A DNA stretch of 37,285 nucleotides, from positions 1 through 37,285 of the forward strand of contig JBMOMY010000019.1 in the NCBI GenBank assembly GCA_049323975.1. The letters run 5' to 3'. A program made the position numbers and the translations under genes. Below the pieces are notes generated by a model. That model made no database searches, was not told the origin of the DNA, and worked only from the letters and a program-made list of their open reading frames with translations. Positions 8,873 through 17,239 of this stretch are shown here, piece by piece (within the stretch, counting starts at the first letter, position 1; each line of letters opens with the position of its first letter). Source of the DNA: Pseudomonadota bacterium. GTDB taxonomy: Bacteria; Pseudomonadota; Alphaproteobacteria; UBA11222.

Positions 8873-10234
8873 TCAATACGCGAATTCTTCATAGGCGGGG
8901 GCTACGCTGCCGCCCCATTCCCCGTGATAGCGCTTCAACAGGAGTTCGGCGGGACAGTAACCGGTGGCGGCGATTTCCAGAAGAATATCCAGAAAGTGCT
9001 GTTCATCCAGGCCTGTGCCGCCGATACGGGCGCGGGCTTTCAATCCGGAGGCGGAAATTTTCATCGTCTCCTGCGCGATTTCTTTCAGGGTGTGGTTGCG
9101 AAAGGGCGTATGCAGCGCCAGTTTCGGCGCGGTGTCGCGAAGGCGCTGGCGTTCTTCACCGGTCCAGTCCTTCACCAGATCCCAGGCGGCGTCCAGCGCG
9201 TCCTGATCGTACAGCAGGCCGACCCAGAAAGCGGGCAGGGCGCAGAGCGAACGCCATGGCCCGCCATCCGCTCCGCGCATTTCCAGAAATTTTTTCATGC
9301 GCACTTCGGGGAACAGCGTCGTCAGATGGTCGGCCCAATCCCCCATTACGGGCTTTTCGCCGGGCAGCGCAGGCAGGCGCCCATTCAGGAAATCACGGAA
9401 GGATTGGCCGGAGGCGTCGATATATCTTCCATTGCGGTAAACGAAATACATTGGCGTATCCAGCGCATACTGGACATAGCGTTCAAATCCGAAACTTTCA
9501 TCGAAAACAAAAGGAATCATGCCGGCGCGGTCCGGGTCCGTGTCTGTCCATACATGGCTGCGGAAGCTGAGATAACCGTTTGGTTTTCCCTCCGTGAACG
9601 GTGAATTGGCGAACAGGGCGGTGGCCAGCGGCTGCAAGGCCAGCGCCACCCGGAATTTCCGCACCATGTCGGCTTCCGATGCAAAATCGAGATTCACCTG
9701 TACGGTGCAGGAACGGTACATCATGTCCAGCCCGTGGTTCCCGCGCTTTGGCATGTAATCCGTCATGATCCCATAGCGGCCTTTGGGCATGACGGGCACA
9801 TCGCGGCGCGTCCAGTCGGGCGTGAAGCCCAGCCCCAGAAAGCCTATGCCGAGTTCGCCCGCGACCTCTCTCACCTGTTTCAGATGCGTATTCACCTCAT
9901 TGCAGGTCTGATGCAGATTTTCCAGCGGCGCGCCGGAAAGCTCGAACTGTCCCCCCGGCTCCAGGCTGATAGAGCCGCCACCCTGAGTCAGGGCGATGAT
10001 ATTTTTTCCCTCCATTACCGGCTGCCAGCCAAACCGGCGCATGCCTTCCAGAAGCGCGCGGATCCCCGCTGGCCCCTCATAGGGAAGCGGCCGGTGGTCG
10101 GAAAGACGGAAGCCGAATTTTTCGTGTTCGGTTCCGATACGCCATTGCTCCTTCGGTTTACACCCCGAAGCCAGATATTCGGCCAAGTCTGAAAGCCGCT
10201 CGATCTGGCCGCTGGCGGTCTGTGGTCCTGACAT
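8873..10234 (-). CDS. gshA: Glutamate--cysteine ligase, plant/alphaproteobacterial type (GCS2 family)
   Basis: 453 aa. Length and sequence character (…[10 protein letters not shown]…, …[11 protein letters not shown]…, …[10 protein letters not shown]…) match the plant-type GshA found in Alphaproteobacteria. Confidence 0.9.
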   Translation of the reverse strand: MSGPQTASGQIERLSDLAEYLASGCKPKEQWRIGTEHEKFGFRLSDHRPLPYEGPAGIRALLEGMRRFGWQPVMEGKNIIALTQGGGSISLEPGGQFELSGAPLENLHQTCNEVNTHLKQVREVAGELGIGFLGLGFTPDWTRRDVPVMPKGRYGIMTDYMPKRGNHGLDMMYRSCTVQVNLDFASEADMVRKFRVALALQPLATALFANSPFTEGKPNGYLSFRSHVWTDTDPDRAGMIPFVFDESFGFERYVQYALDTPMYFVYRNGRYIDASGQSFRDFLNGRLPALPGEKPVMGDWADHLTTLFPEVRMKKFLEMRGADGGPWRSLCALPAFWVGLLYDQDALDAAWDLVKDWTGEERQRLRDTAPKLALHTPFRNHTLKEIAQETMKISASGLKARARIGGTGLDEQHFLDILLEIAATGYCPAELLLKRYHGEWGGSVAPAYEEFAY

Positions 10235-10277
10235 CTGCTACTCCCGGCCGGTGCTTTTTTGTTTCAATCTACATGGG

Positions 10278-11045
10278 TTAACGACTTGGCGCTACAGGGG
10301 CGGCGTCCCAGTCTCCGCACAGAGCCTGCCATAAGGTCAAGGCGGCGATGGCAGCCGTGTCGGCGCGCAGGATGCGTGGCCCAAGGGATACCGGCGCTAC
10401 CTGCGGCAGCGCCAGCAGGCGCGATCTCTCGGCGGGACTGAAGCCCCCCTCTGGCCCGCACAGGACGGCCCAGGCGGCGTTACGCGCGGTGGTATGTTGC
10501 AATTGGCAAAGTGCTGGCCTGCCTGCGCCGGACTCATCGCAGAACATGATGCGCCTTTCCTGTGACCAGTTTTCCAGCGTCACATTCAGTTTCTCTGGCG
10601 CGTGCAGCATGGGTACGCTCAGCAGTCCGCATTGCTCCGCCGCCTCTATGGCGATTGCGTTAAGGCGTTCCAGGTTGACATGGGGCGCGCTGGTGTATTC
10701 AGTGATGACCGGGTGAATTTCACGCACCCCGAGTTCCGTCGCCTTCTCCACGATGATTTCCAGACGCGTCCGTTTCACCGCTGCGCAGAGCAGCCACAGA
10801 TCGGGCGTTACGGTCTGCGCTCTTATCTTATCGTTGAGGCGTATCCGGGCGTCATGTTTCCCGAGGGCCAGAATGCTGGCGCGCCATTCGCCATCCGCCC
10901 CATTGAACAGACCGATTTCATCTCCAACCTCCCGGCGCATCACGTTGCGCAGATAATGCGCCTGCGGCTGGGGCAGACGGATTTCCACGTCCTCAACAAG
11001 GGGCGCGTCGACAAATAGTCGGATATGTTCACGGGATGCGCGCAT
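10278..11045 (-). CDS. rsmE: 16S rRNA (uracil1498-N3)-methyltransferase
   Basis: The C-terminal 255 aa of the 596-aa track ORF, starting at MRASREHIRLFVD (ATG 11043-11045), show the RsmE pattern (…HYLRNVMR…, …IVEKATELGV…, …GPEGGFSPAE…PVSLGPRILRADTAA). The upstream 341 codons are antisense to ubiA and are not credible. Confidence 0.9.
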   Translation of the reverse strand: MRASREHIRLFVDAPLVEDVEIRLPQPQAHYLRNVMRREVGDEIGLFNGADGEWRASILALGKHDARIRLNDKIRAQTVTPDLWLLCAAVKRTRLEIIVEKATELGVREIHPVITEYTSAPHVNLERLNAIAIEAAEQCGLLSVPMLHAPEKLNVTLENWSQERRIMFCDESGAGRPALCQLQHTTARNAAWAVLCGPEGGFSPAERSRLLALPQVAPVSLGPRILRADTAAIAALTLWQALCGDWDAAPVAPSR

Positions 11046-11081
11046 TGGAACCGGCTTCCGGTCTGTGTTAGTTCTGTGCTG

Positions 11082-11999
11082 ATGACCGAACATAAAGTCA
11101 AACCGCAAGGCGGCGCAATCGCCGATGCGCCCGGCAATTGGGTGGACCGTCTGGCCCCCATGCCCATGCGTCCCTTTCTGCGGCTTGCGAGGATGGACCG
11201 CCCGATCGGCGCCTGGCTGTTGCTGTGGCCCTGCTGGTGGAGCCTGGCGCTGGCGGCGGGCGATTGGCGGCTGGGGATTTTGTTCGCGCTCGGCGCGGTG
11301 GTGATGCGCGGCGCGGGCTGCACCTTCAACGACATTGCAGACCGGGATCTGGATGGGCGTGTGGCGCGCACTGCGAACCGCCCCCTGCCCAGCGGCGCGG
11401 TCAGCCTGTCTGCGGCCTGGACGTTTCTTTTGCTGCAATGCGGGATCGGTTTGCTGATCTTGCTGCAATTCAACCGGTTCGCCATCCTGCTGGGCCTGGC
11501 GTCGCTGGCGCCCGTCGCCATCTATCCATTCATGAAACGCATTACCTATTGGCCGCAACTCTTTCTTGGTATTGCGTTTAACTGGGGCGCTCTGCTCGGT
11601 TGGGCTGCGGTTGCGGGCGGGTTGGCCCTGCCCGCCATCCTGCTCTATCTGGGCGGCGTCTTCTGGACGCTGGGCTATGACACTATCTATGCGCTGCAGG
11701 ACAGGGAGGACGATGCGCTGATCGGCGTGAAATCCACGGCGCTGAAATTCGGGGCGCATGTAAGGGGCGCGGTCGCGGCGTTCTACTGTGCGGCGCTGGT
11801 CCTGTTCGCCGCGGCGGCCTGGTCTGCGGAAGTGGGAGCGTGGTTCTGGGCGGCCTTCGCCCCGGCGGTCGCGCATCTGGGCTGGCAGGCGCGCGCCCTT
11901 GAAATTGACAATCCGGACAGATGTCTGGCGGTTTTCAGGGCCAACCGGGAGTTTGGGCTGCTGATGTTTCTGGCGATCATTGTGGGCAAGGTCTGGTAA
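11082..11999 (+). CDS. ubiA: 4-hydroxybenzoate polyprenyltransferase
   Basis: UbiA prenyltransferase motifs NDIADRDLDGRVARTANRPLPSG and YALQDREDD, with multiple TM segments. The start is taken at MTEHKV (ATG 11082), not the track start at 11025. Confidence 0.92.
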   Translation: MTEHKVKPQGGAIADAPGNWVDRLAPMPMRPFLRLARMDRPIGAWLLLWPCWWSLALAAGDWRLGILFALGAVVMRGAGCTFNDIADRDLDGRVARTANRPLPSGAVSLSAAWTFLLLQCGIGLLILLQFNRFAILLGLASLAPVAIYPFMKRITYWPQLFLGIAFNWGALLGWAAVAGGLALPAILLYLGGVFWTLGYDTIYALQDREDDALIGVKSTALKFGAHVRGAVAAFYCAALVLFAAAAWSAEVGAWFWAAFAPAVAHLGWQARALEIDNPDRCLAVFRANREFGLLMFLAIIVGKVW

Positions 12000-12094
12000 G
12001 AAGCCCATACAAATGGGGCGTTGCATGGTACATTGGGCTTGATAAACGGGACGTGGTATGGTACACATGACCGGTCGTGGCGATTTGGTTTGAT

Positions 12095-12373
12095 ATGATT
12101 AGATCATTTGAACACAAAGGACTTCGCCGGTTTTGGGAAACTGGTTCAACTTCAGAAATACAAAAGTCTCAGGCGGTCAGGTTACGCCTTATCCTGCAGC
12201 GGTTAAATTCCGCCAGGGAGATTCGGGATATTAATTTTCATGACGCGCGCCTGCATCCTCTCAAGGGCGATATGAAGGGTTTGTGGTCTGTGACTGTAAG
12301 CGGGAATTGGCGCATCACCTTTGGGTTTGAAGATGGCGATGCATATATAGTCAATTATCTGGACTATCATTGA
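12095..12373 (+). CDS. higB: Type II toxin HigB (RelE/ParE superfamily, killer protein)
   Basis: MIRSFEHKGLRRFWETG…LHPLKGDMKGLWSVTVSGNWRITFGFEDGDAYIVNYLDYH is the classic HigB/killer-protein pattern. GC is lower than in the flanks. The track start GTG 12077 is a possible alternative. Confidence 0.86.
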   Translation: MIRSFEHKGLRRFWETGSTSEIQKSQAVRLRLILQRLNSAREIRDINFHDARLHPLKGDMKGLWSVTVSGNWRITFGFEDGDAYIVNYLDYH

Positions 12374-12385
12374 GGATATACAGGC

Positions 12386-12700
12386 ATGACTTTGCGGCAA
12401 TATAACCCTCCGCATCCAGGAGAAGTGCTTTGGGGGCTGGATATGCAGCCTGCAGGGCTTACTATCAATGCGGTTGCGGAGCGGTTGGGCGTAGACCGCA
12501 AAACCATTTCGCGGATTATCAACGGCCATGCCGGGATAACGGCGGAAATGTCGATTTTGCTGGGCAAAGCCTTTAACACCACGCCCGATTTATGGCTGAC
12601 CATGCAACGAAATTTCGATCTTTGGCAGGCCGGGCAGCGCCTCGGGAAACGGGCGGACAAGGTAAAGCCGTTCGAGCACCGTTTGCAGCCTGATATCTAG
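12386..12700 (+). CDS. higA: HigA family antitoxin (XRE-type HTH)
   Basis: PPHPGEVL…GLTINAVAERLGVDRKTISRIINGHAGITAEMSILLGKAFNTTPDLWLTMQ is the typical HigA HTH. It lies 12 nt downstream of higB. Confidence 0.88.
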   Translation: MTLRQYNPPHPGEVLWGLDMQPAGLTINAVAERLGVDRKTISRIINGHAGITAEMSILLGKAFNTTPDLWLTMQRNFDLWQAGQRLGKRADKVKPFEHRLQPDI

Positions 12701-12716
12701 CTGTAGGAGCCGCTGC

Positions 12717-13676
12717 GTGATCCACCCTGCCGACTATATTCCGGTGGAAGAAATCGCCAGACTGCGCCGCAGATCACAGTGGCGCTCCATCTGGATGATC
12801 CTGCACGCCTGGGGGGTTGTTTTCGCGGCGATGGCGATGTTTGTAGCCTGGCCAAACCCGTTGACCTTCCTTCTCGCTGTGATGCTGATCGGCGCGCGCC
12901 AGCTCGGCATGGCGATTCTGGTGCATGATGCGGCCCATGGCGCGCTGTTCCGGAACCGCAAACTGAACGACTGGGTCAGCGACTGGCTTCTGGCCTTTCC
13001 GGTGCTGACGGATACGAAGGCTTACCGCGCCTATCATCTGGAACATCACAAATATGTGCAGCAGCCGAAGGATCCGGATATTGGCCTGTCGGCGCCGTTC
13101 CCCATCACGAAATCGAGTTTCCGCCGCAAATTATGGCGCGACGTCACGGGCCGAACCGGCCTGAAACAGCGCCGTGCGCAAATTCGTGCGGCGATCGGCG
13201 CCCCCGGGCTGCCGTGGGGGGCGCGCCTTGCGCTGTTCCGCCAGAAAATGGGGGGTATGCTGATCGTCAATCTGCTGCTGTTCGGCGGATTGAGCGTCAT
13301 CGGATATTGGTATCTCTATCCGCTGCTCTGGGTGGCGCCACTGCTCACCTATTACCTGGTGATCACCCGCATCCGTAACATCGCAGAACACGCCATGGTT
13401 CCGGATAATGACGATGATTTCCGCAACGCCCGCACGACCCATGCAAACTGGCTGATGCGGGCCTTCCTCGCTCCCTATTTCGTCAACTACCATCTGGAGC
13501 ATCATCTGATGATGTTCGTGCCCTGTTACCGGCTGCCGCGCGTGCGCGAAGCCTTCCTCTCGAAGGGGTTGGGGCCCCGCATGGAATACCGGCCCGGCTA
13601 TCGTTCCGTTCTCGGGCTGGCGGTTTCCAGGCCGGAGCCTGTCCTCATGGGCGATCTTTCCCGGCCGGCGGCGTAA
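12717..13676 (+). CDS. Membrane fatty acid desaturase family protein (His-box di-iron enzyme)
   Basis: Three histidine boxes (HDAAHG, HLEHHKY, NYHLEHHLM) and several TM segments. GTG start. Substrate unknown. Confidence 0.85.
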   Translation: MIHPADYIPVEEIARLRRRSQWRSIWMILHAWGVVFAAMAMFVAWPNPLTFLLAVMLIGARQLGMAILVHDAAHGALFRNRKLNDWVSDWLLAFPVLTDTKAYRAYHLEHHKYVQQPKDPDIGLSAPFPITKSSFRRKLWRDVTGRTGLKQRRAQIRAAIGAPGLPWGARLALFRQKMGGMLIVNLLLFGGLSVIGYWYLYPLLWVAPLLTYYLVITRIRNIAEHAMVPDNDDDFRNARTTHANWLMRAFLAPYFVNYHLEHHLMMFVPCYRLPRVREAFLSKGLGPRMEYRPGYRSVLGLAVSRPEPVLMGDLSRPAA

Positions 13677-14341
13677 TGGGCGCGCGGGAGGCGTTGCGGG
13701 ACCCGGAAAATTTCATCCGTGGCAATACGGTTCTGACTGCCCCGCCTCTCGTCCCGGAACTGCGGCTTCATGTGGCGGCCGAAATGCTGCCTATCTGGCA
13801 GATGACGGAAGAAGAAATGCAGCAGGCGGGCCTGCCGCCGCCTTTCTGGGCCTTCGCCTGGGCGGGGGGGCAGGCGCTGGCGCGGTATATTCTGGATCAT
13901 CCTGAACATGTGGCGGGCAAAAACGTGCTGGATTTTGGCGCGGGTTCGGGAATTGTGGGTATCGCTGCGGCGCAGGCCGGGGCTGCGCGGGTATGCGCGG
14001 CGGAAATCGACCCGGTCGCCCTGGTTGCGATCGCCCTGAATGCGCAGGCCAATAACGTGGAGCTTACATGCCTTGAGGGCGATCTGACCGGAGAGCCTGG
14101 CGGCGCGTGGGAGGTCGTGCTGGCCGGTGACGTCTGTTATGAAGGGCCGGCGTCCCGGCGCATCATGGGCTGGCTGACGGATCTGAACCGTTCCGGCGCG
14201 CTGGTGCTGGTGGGGGATCCGGGCCGCACCTATTTTCCAAAAACAGGAATGGAAAAATTGATAAGTTATGCGGTGAAAACCACGACCGAACTGGAAGACA
14301 CGGATTTGCGCAATACCAGTGTCTGGCGGCTGATGAGCTGA
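13676..14341 (+). CDS. Class I SAM-dependent methyltransferase (COG3897/Nnt1-like)
   Basis: SAM-binding motif I VLDFGAGSGIVGIAAAQAGA and a later acidic motif (VLAGDVCY). The ATG shares an A with the desaturase TAA (TAATG). Confidence 0.8.
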   Translation: MGAREALRDPENFIRGNTVLTAPPLVPELRLHVAAEMLPIWQMTEEEMQQAGLPPPFWAFAWAGGQALARYILDHPEHVAGKNVLDFGAGSGIVGIAAAQAGAARVCAAEIDPVALVAIALNAQANNVELTCLEGDLTGEPGGAWEVVLAGDVCYEGPASRRIMGWLTDLNRSGALVLVGDPGRTYFPKTGMEKLISYAVKTTTELEDTDLRNTSVWRLMS

Positions 14342-14350
14342 GCCTGCATC

Positions 14351-15877
14351 ATGGCCTATGATTCACTGAGAGAGTTCATGGCCCGTCTCGAACGGGAAGG
14401 CAAACTGGTCCGCGTCAGCGCGCCGGTCTCGACCGTTCTGGAGATGACCGAGATTCAAACCCGTCTGCTGGCGGAAGGCGGGCCTGCCGTTCTGTTCGAA
14501 AATCCGGTGCTGGCGGATGGGGGAAAAAGCTCCATGCCGGTCCTGGTCAATCTGTTCGGTACGGTCGAGCGGGTGGCGATGGCGGTCACCATGGGTGATG
14601 CGGACCGCCGCAGCGGTGGCGATCTGCGGGATGTCGGCGAGACACTGGCTTTCCTGCGTCAGCCCCAGCCTCCGGAAGGCTGGCGCGAAGCGGCGGGTAT
14701 GGCCCCATTGCTCCGCACCGTGATGAATATGCGCCCGAAAACGGTGCGCGGCGCGCCGGTGCATGAGGTGGTTCTGACCGGCGGAGACATCGATCTTGCG
14801 CGCCTTCCGGTGCAGACCTGCTGGCCCAATGAGCCGGCGCCGCTGATCACCTGGCCTCTGGTGGTGACCAAAGGACCGGGCGGCAGCGCCGAGGACAGTT
14901 ACAATCTGGGCATTTACCGCATGCAGATTCTCGGGCGGAACCGCACTTTGATGCGCTGGCTGCGGCACAGGGGCGGAGCGCAGCATCACGCGCGCTGGGG
15001 CGCGGTGAGGCCGGAGCCCCTGCCCGCTGCGGCGGTGATCGGCGCCGATCCCGGCACGATCCTCGCGGCTGTGACGCCGGTACCCGATACGCTCAGTGAA
15101 TATCAGTTCGCGGGTCTGCTGCGCGGCGGGCGGGTGGAGCTGGCTGAGTGCAAGACAGTGCCCCTGAAGGTTCCCGCAGAGGCGGAGATCGTTCTGGAAG
15201 GGCATGTGTCCCTGACGGATTACGGCGATGAGGGCCCCTATGGCGATCACACCGGCTATTACAATTCCGTCGAACCGTTTCCCGTCTTCACCGTAAGCGC
15301 CATCACCATGCGCCGCGATCCGGTCTATCTTTCCACTTTCACCGGACGCCCGCCGGACGAGCCAAGCATTCTGGGCGAAGCGCTGAACGAACTGTTCGTC
15401 CCGTTGCTCCGGCAGCAGTTTCCCGAGATCACTGATTTCTATCTGCCGCCCGAAGGCTGCTCCTACCGCATCGCCGTGGCGTCGATCCGCAAGGCCTATC
15501 CTGGCCACGCCAAACGTGTGATGATGGGGGTGTGGTCCTATCTGCGCCAGTTCATGTACACGAAATGGGTGATCGTGGTGGATGACGGCATCGATATCAG
15601 GGACTGGAAAGATGTGATGTGGGCGGTTTCCACCTGCATGGACCCTGTGCGCGACATCACTCTGATGGAGAACACCCCGATCGATTATCTGGATTTCGCA
15701 AGTCCTGAAAGCGGACTTGGCGGCAAGATCGGCCTGGACGCCACCGCCAAATGGCCCCCCGAAACCCGGCGGGAGTGGGGGACGCCCATCCGTATGACCG
15801 AGGAAGTGATTCGGACGGTTACGGAAAAATGGCCGCAACTGGGCCTGCCCGGCTCCGGCAAACCCATATGGAAATAA
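14351..15877 (+). CDS. ubiD: UbiD family decarboxylase (4-hydroxy-3-polyprenylbenzoate decarboxylase)
   Basis: 508 aa with a typical UbiD N-terminus ([22 protein letters not shown]…EMTEI) and core (…YNLGIYRMQ…, …[10 protein letters not shown]…). It lies 9 nt after the methyltransferase. Confidence 0.93.
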   Translation: MAYDSLREFMARLEREGKLVRVSAPVSTVLEMTEIQTRLLAEGGPAVLFENPVLADGGKSSMPVLVNLFGTVERVAMAVTMGDADRRSGGDLRDVGETLAFLRQPQPPEGWREAAGMAPLLRTVMNMRPKTVRGAPVHEVVLTGGDIDLARLPVQTCWPNEPAPLITWPLVVTKGPGGSAEDSYNLGIYRMQILGRNRTLMRWLRHRGGAQHHARWGAVRPEPLPAAAVIGADPGTILAAVTPVPDTLSEYQFAGLLRGGRVELAECKTVPLKVPAEAEIVLEGHVSLTDYGDEGPYGDHTGYYNSVEPFPVFTVSAITMRRDPVYLSTFTGRPPDEPSILGEALNELFVPLLRQQFPEITDFYLPPEGCSYRIAVASIRKAYPGHAKRVMMGVWSYLRQFMYTKWVIVVDDGIDIRDWKDVMWAVSTCMDPVRDITLMENTPIDYLDFASPESGLGGKIGLDATAKWPPETRREWGTPIRMTEEVIRTVTEKWPQLGLPGSGKPIWK

Positions 15878-15951
15878 GTTCAGGAACCGGATAGCCTGTT
15901 AGCGCGATTGGGCGCGATGGAGACGTACTACACATCCACAGGGGGGGAATC

Positions 15952-16401
15952 ATGGAACAACTGGAACAGGTAGCTACGCAGATGGGGGAAACGGTCGCAG
16001 TGCTGAGCAATGGGATCATCCCCATTTCGACACTGTATATCGGTATCAATGTCCTGCTAAATCTGATCCTGGCCATACTGGTGGTGCGGGCCAGAGTGAA
16101 GACCGGAGTTGAAATCGGTGACGGAGGGAAGAATGAGCTTATCCAGGCGCAGCGCGTGCAGGGGAATAACGTCGAATATGTGCCGTTTGGCCTGCTGGTT
16201 CTGATTGCGGTGGAAATGGCGGCGGCGCCCGTCTGGATGGTGCACACACTTGGCGCAGGCTTAAGCGTTTCGCGTGCGGCCCACGCCTTTGGCCTGTCGC
16301 AATCCACCGGCCGCTCCGCCGGGCGCTTCCTTGGAACTCTCGGAACCTGGCTGGTGCTGCTGGTTGGCGGAATAGCGTGTATTTATTATGGGCTCAGGTG
16401 A
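15952..16401 (+). CDS. MAPEG family inner membrane protein (YecN-like)
   Basis: …GDGGKNELIQAQRVQGNNVEYVPFGLLVL…WMVH… parallels E. coli YecN. Four hydrophobic segments. An alternative ATG is at 15982. Confidence 0.82.
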   Translation: MEQLEQVATQMGETVAVLSNGIIPISTLYIGINVLLNLILAILVVRARVKTGVEIGDGGKNELIQAQRVQGNNVEYVPFGLLVLIAVEMAAAPVWMVHTLGAGLSVSRAAHAFGLSQSTGRSAGRFLGTLGTWLVLLVGGIACIYYGLR

Positions 16402-16515
16402 TTGCGTATAACCCAGTATCAGGCTGGGTTGGGGCAATTCACCGGTTGTTGAGTATAACGGTTTTTGCTTGCTTATGCTCCGTCAATGACGTATAAGAAC
16501 CCGTGAGGCGGCGGG

Positions 16516-16831
16516 ATGAGCCATATCGCTGAAACCCGCCATTACGCCGCCCGCGCCCGGAAGCTGCTGGATGAGAATGACAGGAAGGCGGTACGGGGCA
16601 TTCTCAGGATTGATCCGCTACATGGCGCCATTATCCCTGGATCAGGCGGCGTGCGGAAGATGCGTTATGCCCTGCCTGGCCGGGGAAAGTCTGGCGGCGT
16701 CAGGATCATCCATTATTATAAAAGCCTTGGATGACATGGTGTTTCTGCTGGATATATACGCTAAAAAGCAGAAGGAAAACCTGACCAGAGGGGAAATCAA
16801 CGAGATCAAGAAACTGGTTGGCAGGCTATAG
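16516..16831 (+). pseudogene. RelE-like (DUF1044/HigB-2-like) toxin gene interrupted by a frameshift
   Basis: Frame 1 reads …GSGGVRKMRYALPGRGKSGGVRIIHYYKSLG and stops at TGA 16732-16734. The family's C-terminal part (DDMVFLLDIYAKKQKENLTRGEINEIKKLVGRL) continues in the next frame to TAG 16829-16831. Removing one nt within 16725-16730 restores YYKSLDDMVFLL. Confidence 0.75.
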
Positions 16832-16840
16832 GAGGGTGTG

Positions 16841-17113
16841 ATGGGCGATGTTTACAAGGGCGTCAAGGCAGGTCTGGAAGACGCCATAGCCGGGCGTTAC
16901 ACGGTTTATAAGGAAGAACCCGTAGATCTCAAAGTCCTCCGGCAACAGTTAAGCATGACGCAAGAGCAGTTTGCCCAACGCTTCGGGATCCCCCTTGCCT
17001 CATTAAGGAACTGGGAACAGAATCACCGGCTGCCCAGTGGCCCGATACGATCTTATCTGCGGGTCATTGAAAAGAATCCCAAGGCTGTGCTCAAAGCACT
17101 GATGAGCGCGTGA
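16841..17113 (+). CDS. HTH-type antitoxin / transcriptional regulator (COG2944-like) partnered with the RelE-like gene
   Basis: …LSMTQEQFAQRFGIPLASLRNWEQNHRLPSGPIRSYLRVIEKNPKAV… is the typical partner of DUF1044 toxins. AGGAGGG SD lies at about 16832-16836. Confidence 0.82.
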   Translation: MGDVYKGVKAGLEDAIAGRYTVYKEEPVDLKVLRQQLSMTQEQFAQRFGIPLASLRNWEQNHRLPSGPIRSYLRVIEKNPKAVLKALMSA

Positions 17114-17239
17114 TTTGAAAGACCGGTCAATTAGAACTGCGCTTTTTTCACGGGTAAGTAAGAATGTGTGGTCCGGCGCGGCGCCAGAGATTGGCGGGCG
17201 AAAGGGAGATGGAACACTTTTGCAATTCAAGGAGCTGAC

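Noticed and set aside
10235-10277. CCGGCCGG palindrome followed by TTTTTT on the + strand between gshA and rsmE.
   Set aside because: No plus-strand gene ends here. On the minus strand, where rsmE ends, the orientation gives an A-run. The stem is only a 4-bp self-complementary core. It is probably just the rsmE-gshA operon spacer.
11046-12068. N-terminal 341 codons of the 596-aa minus-strand ORF 10278-12068.
   Set aside because: Only the last 255 aa look like RsmE. The extension is antisense to ubiA, is Arg/Gln/Pro-rich and has no family features. The internal ATG at 11045 gives a normal-length RsmE.
14363-15838. 491-aa ORF antisense to almost all of ubiD. Similar long antisense ORFs occur at 354-1478, 8728-9570, 8924-9604, 20267-21424, 21069-21890, 25069-25971, 26467-27438 and 31311-32318.
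   Set aside because: Each lies opposite a CDS with clear family motifs. The translations are Arg/Pro/Gly/Ala/His-rich low-complexity strings with no recognisable domains or SD sequences. Long stop-free antisense frames are expected in GC-rich coding DNA.
16410-16430. AACCCAG-N7-CTGGGTT hairpin after the MAPEG gene, considered as a possible terminator.
   Set aside because: There is no following T-tract and the stem is only 7 bp. It is left uncalled.
16700-16740. Possible programmed ribosomal frameshift in the RelE-like gene.
   Set aside because: No slippery heptamer of the X XXY YYZ type and no downstream structure is apparent. A simple 1-nt indel (mutation or sequencing error) explains the pattern more economically.
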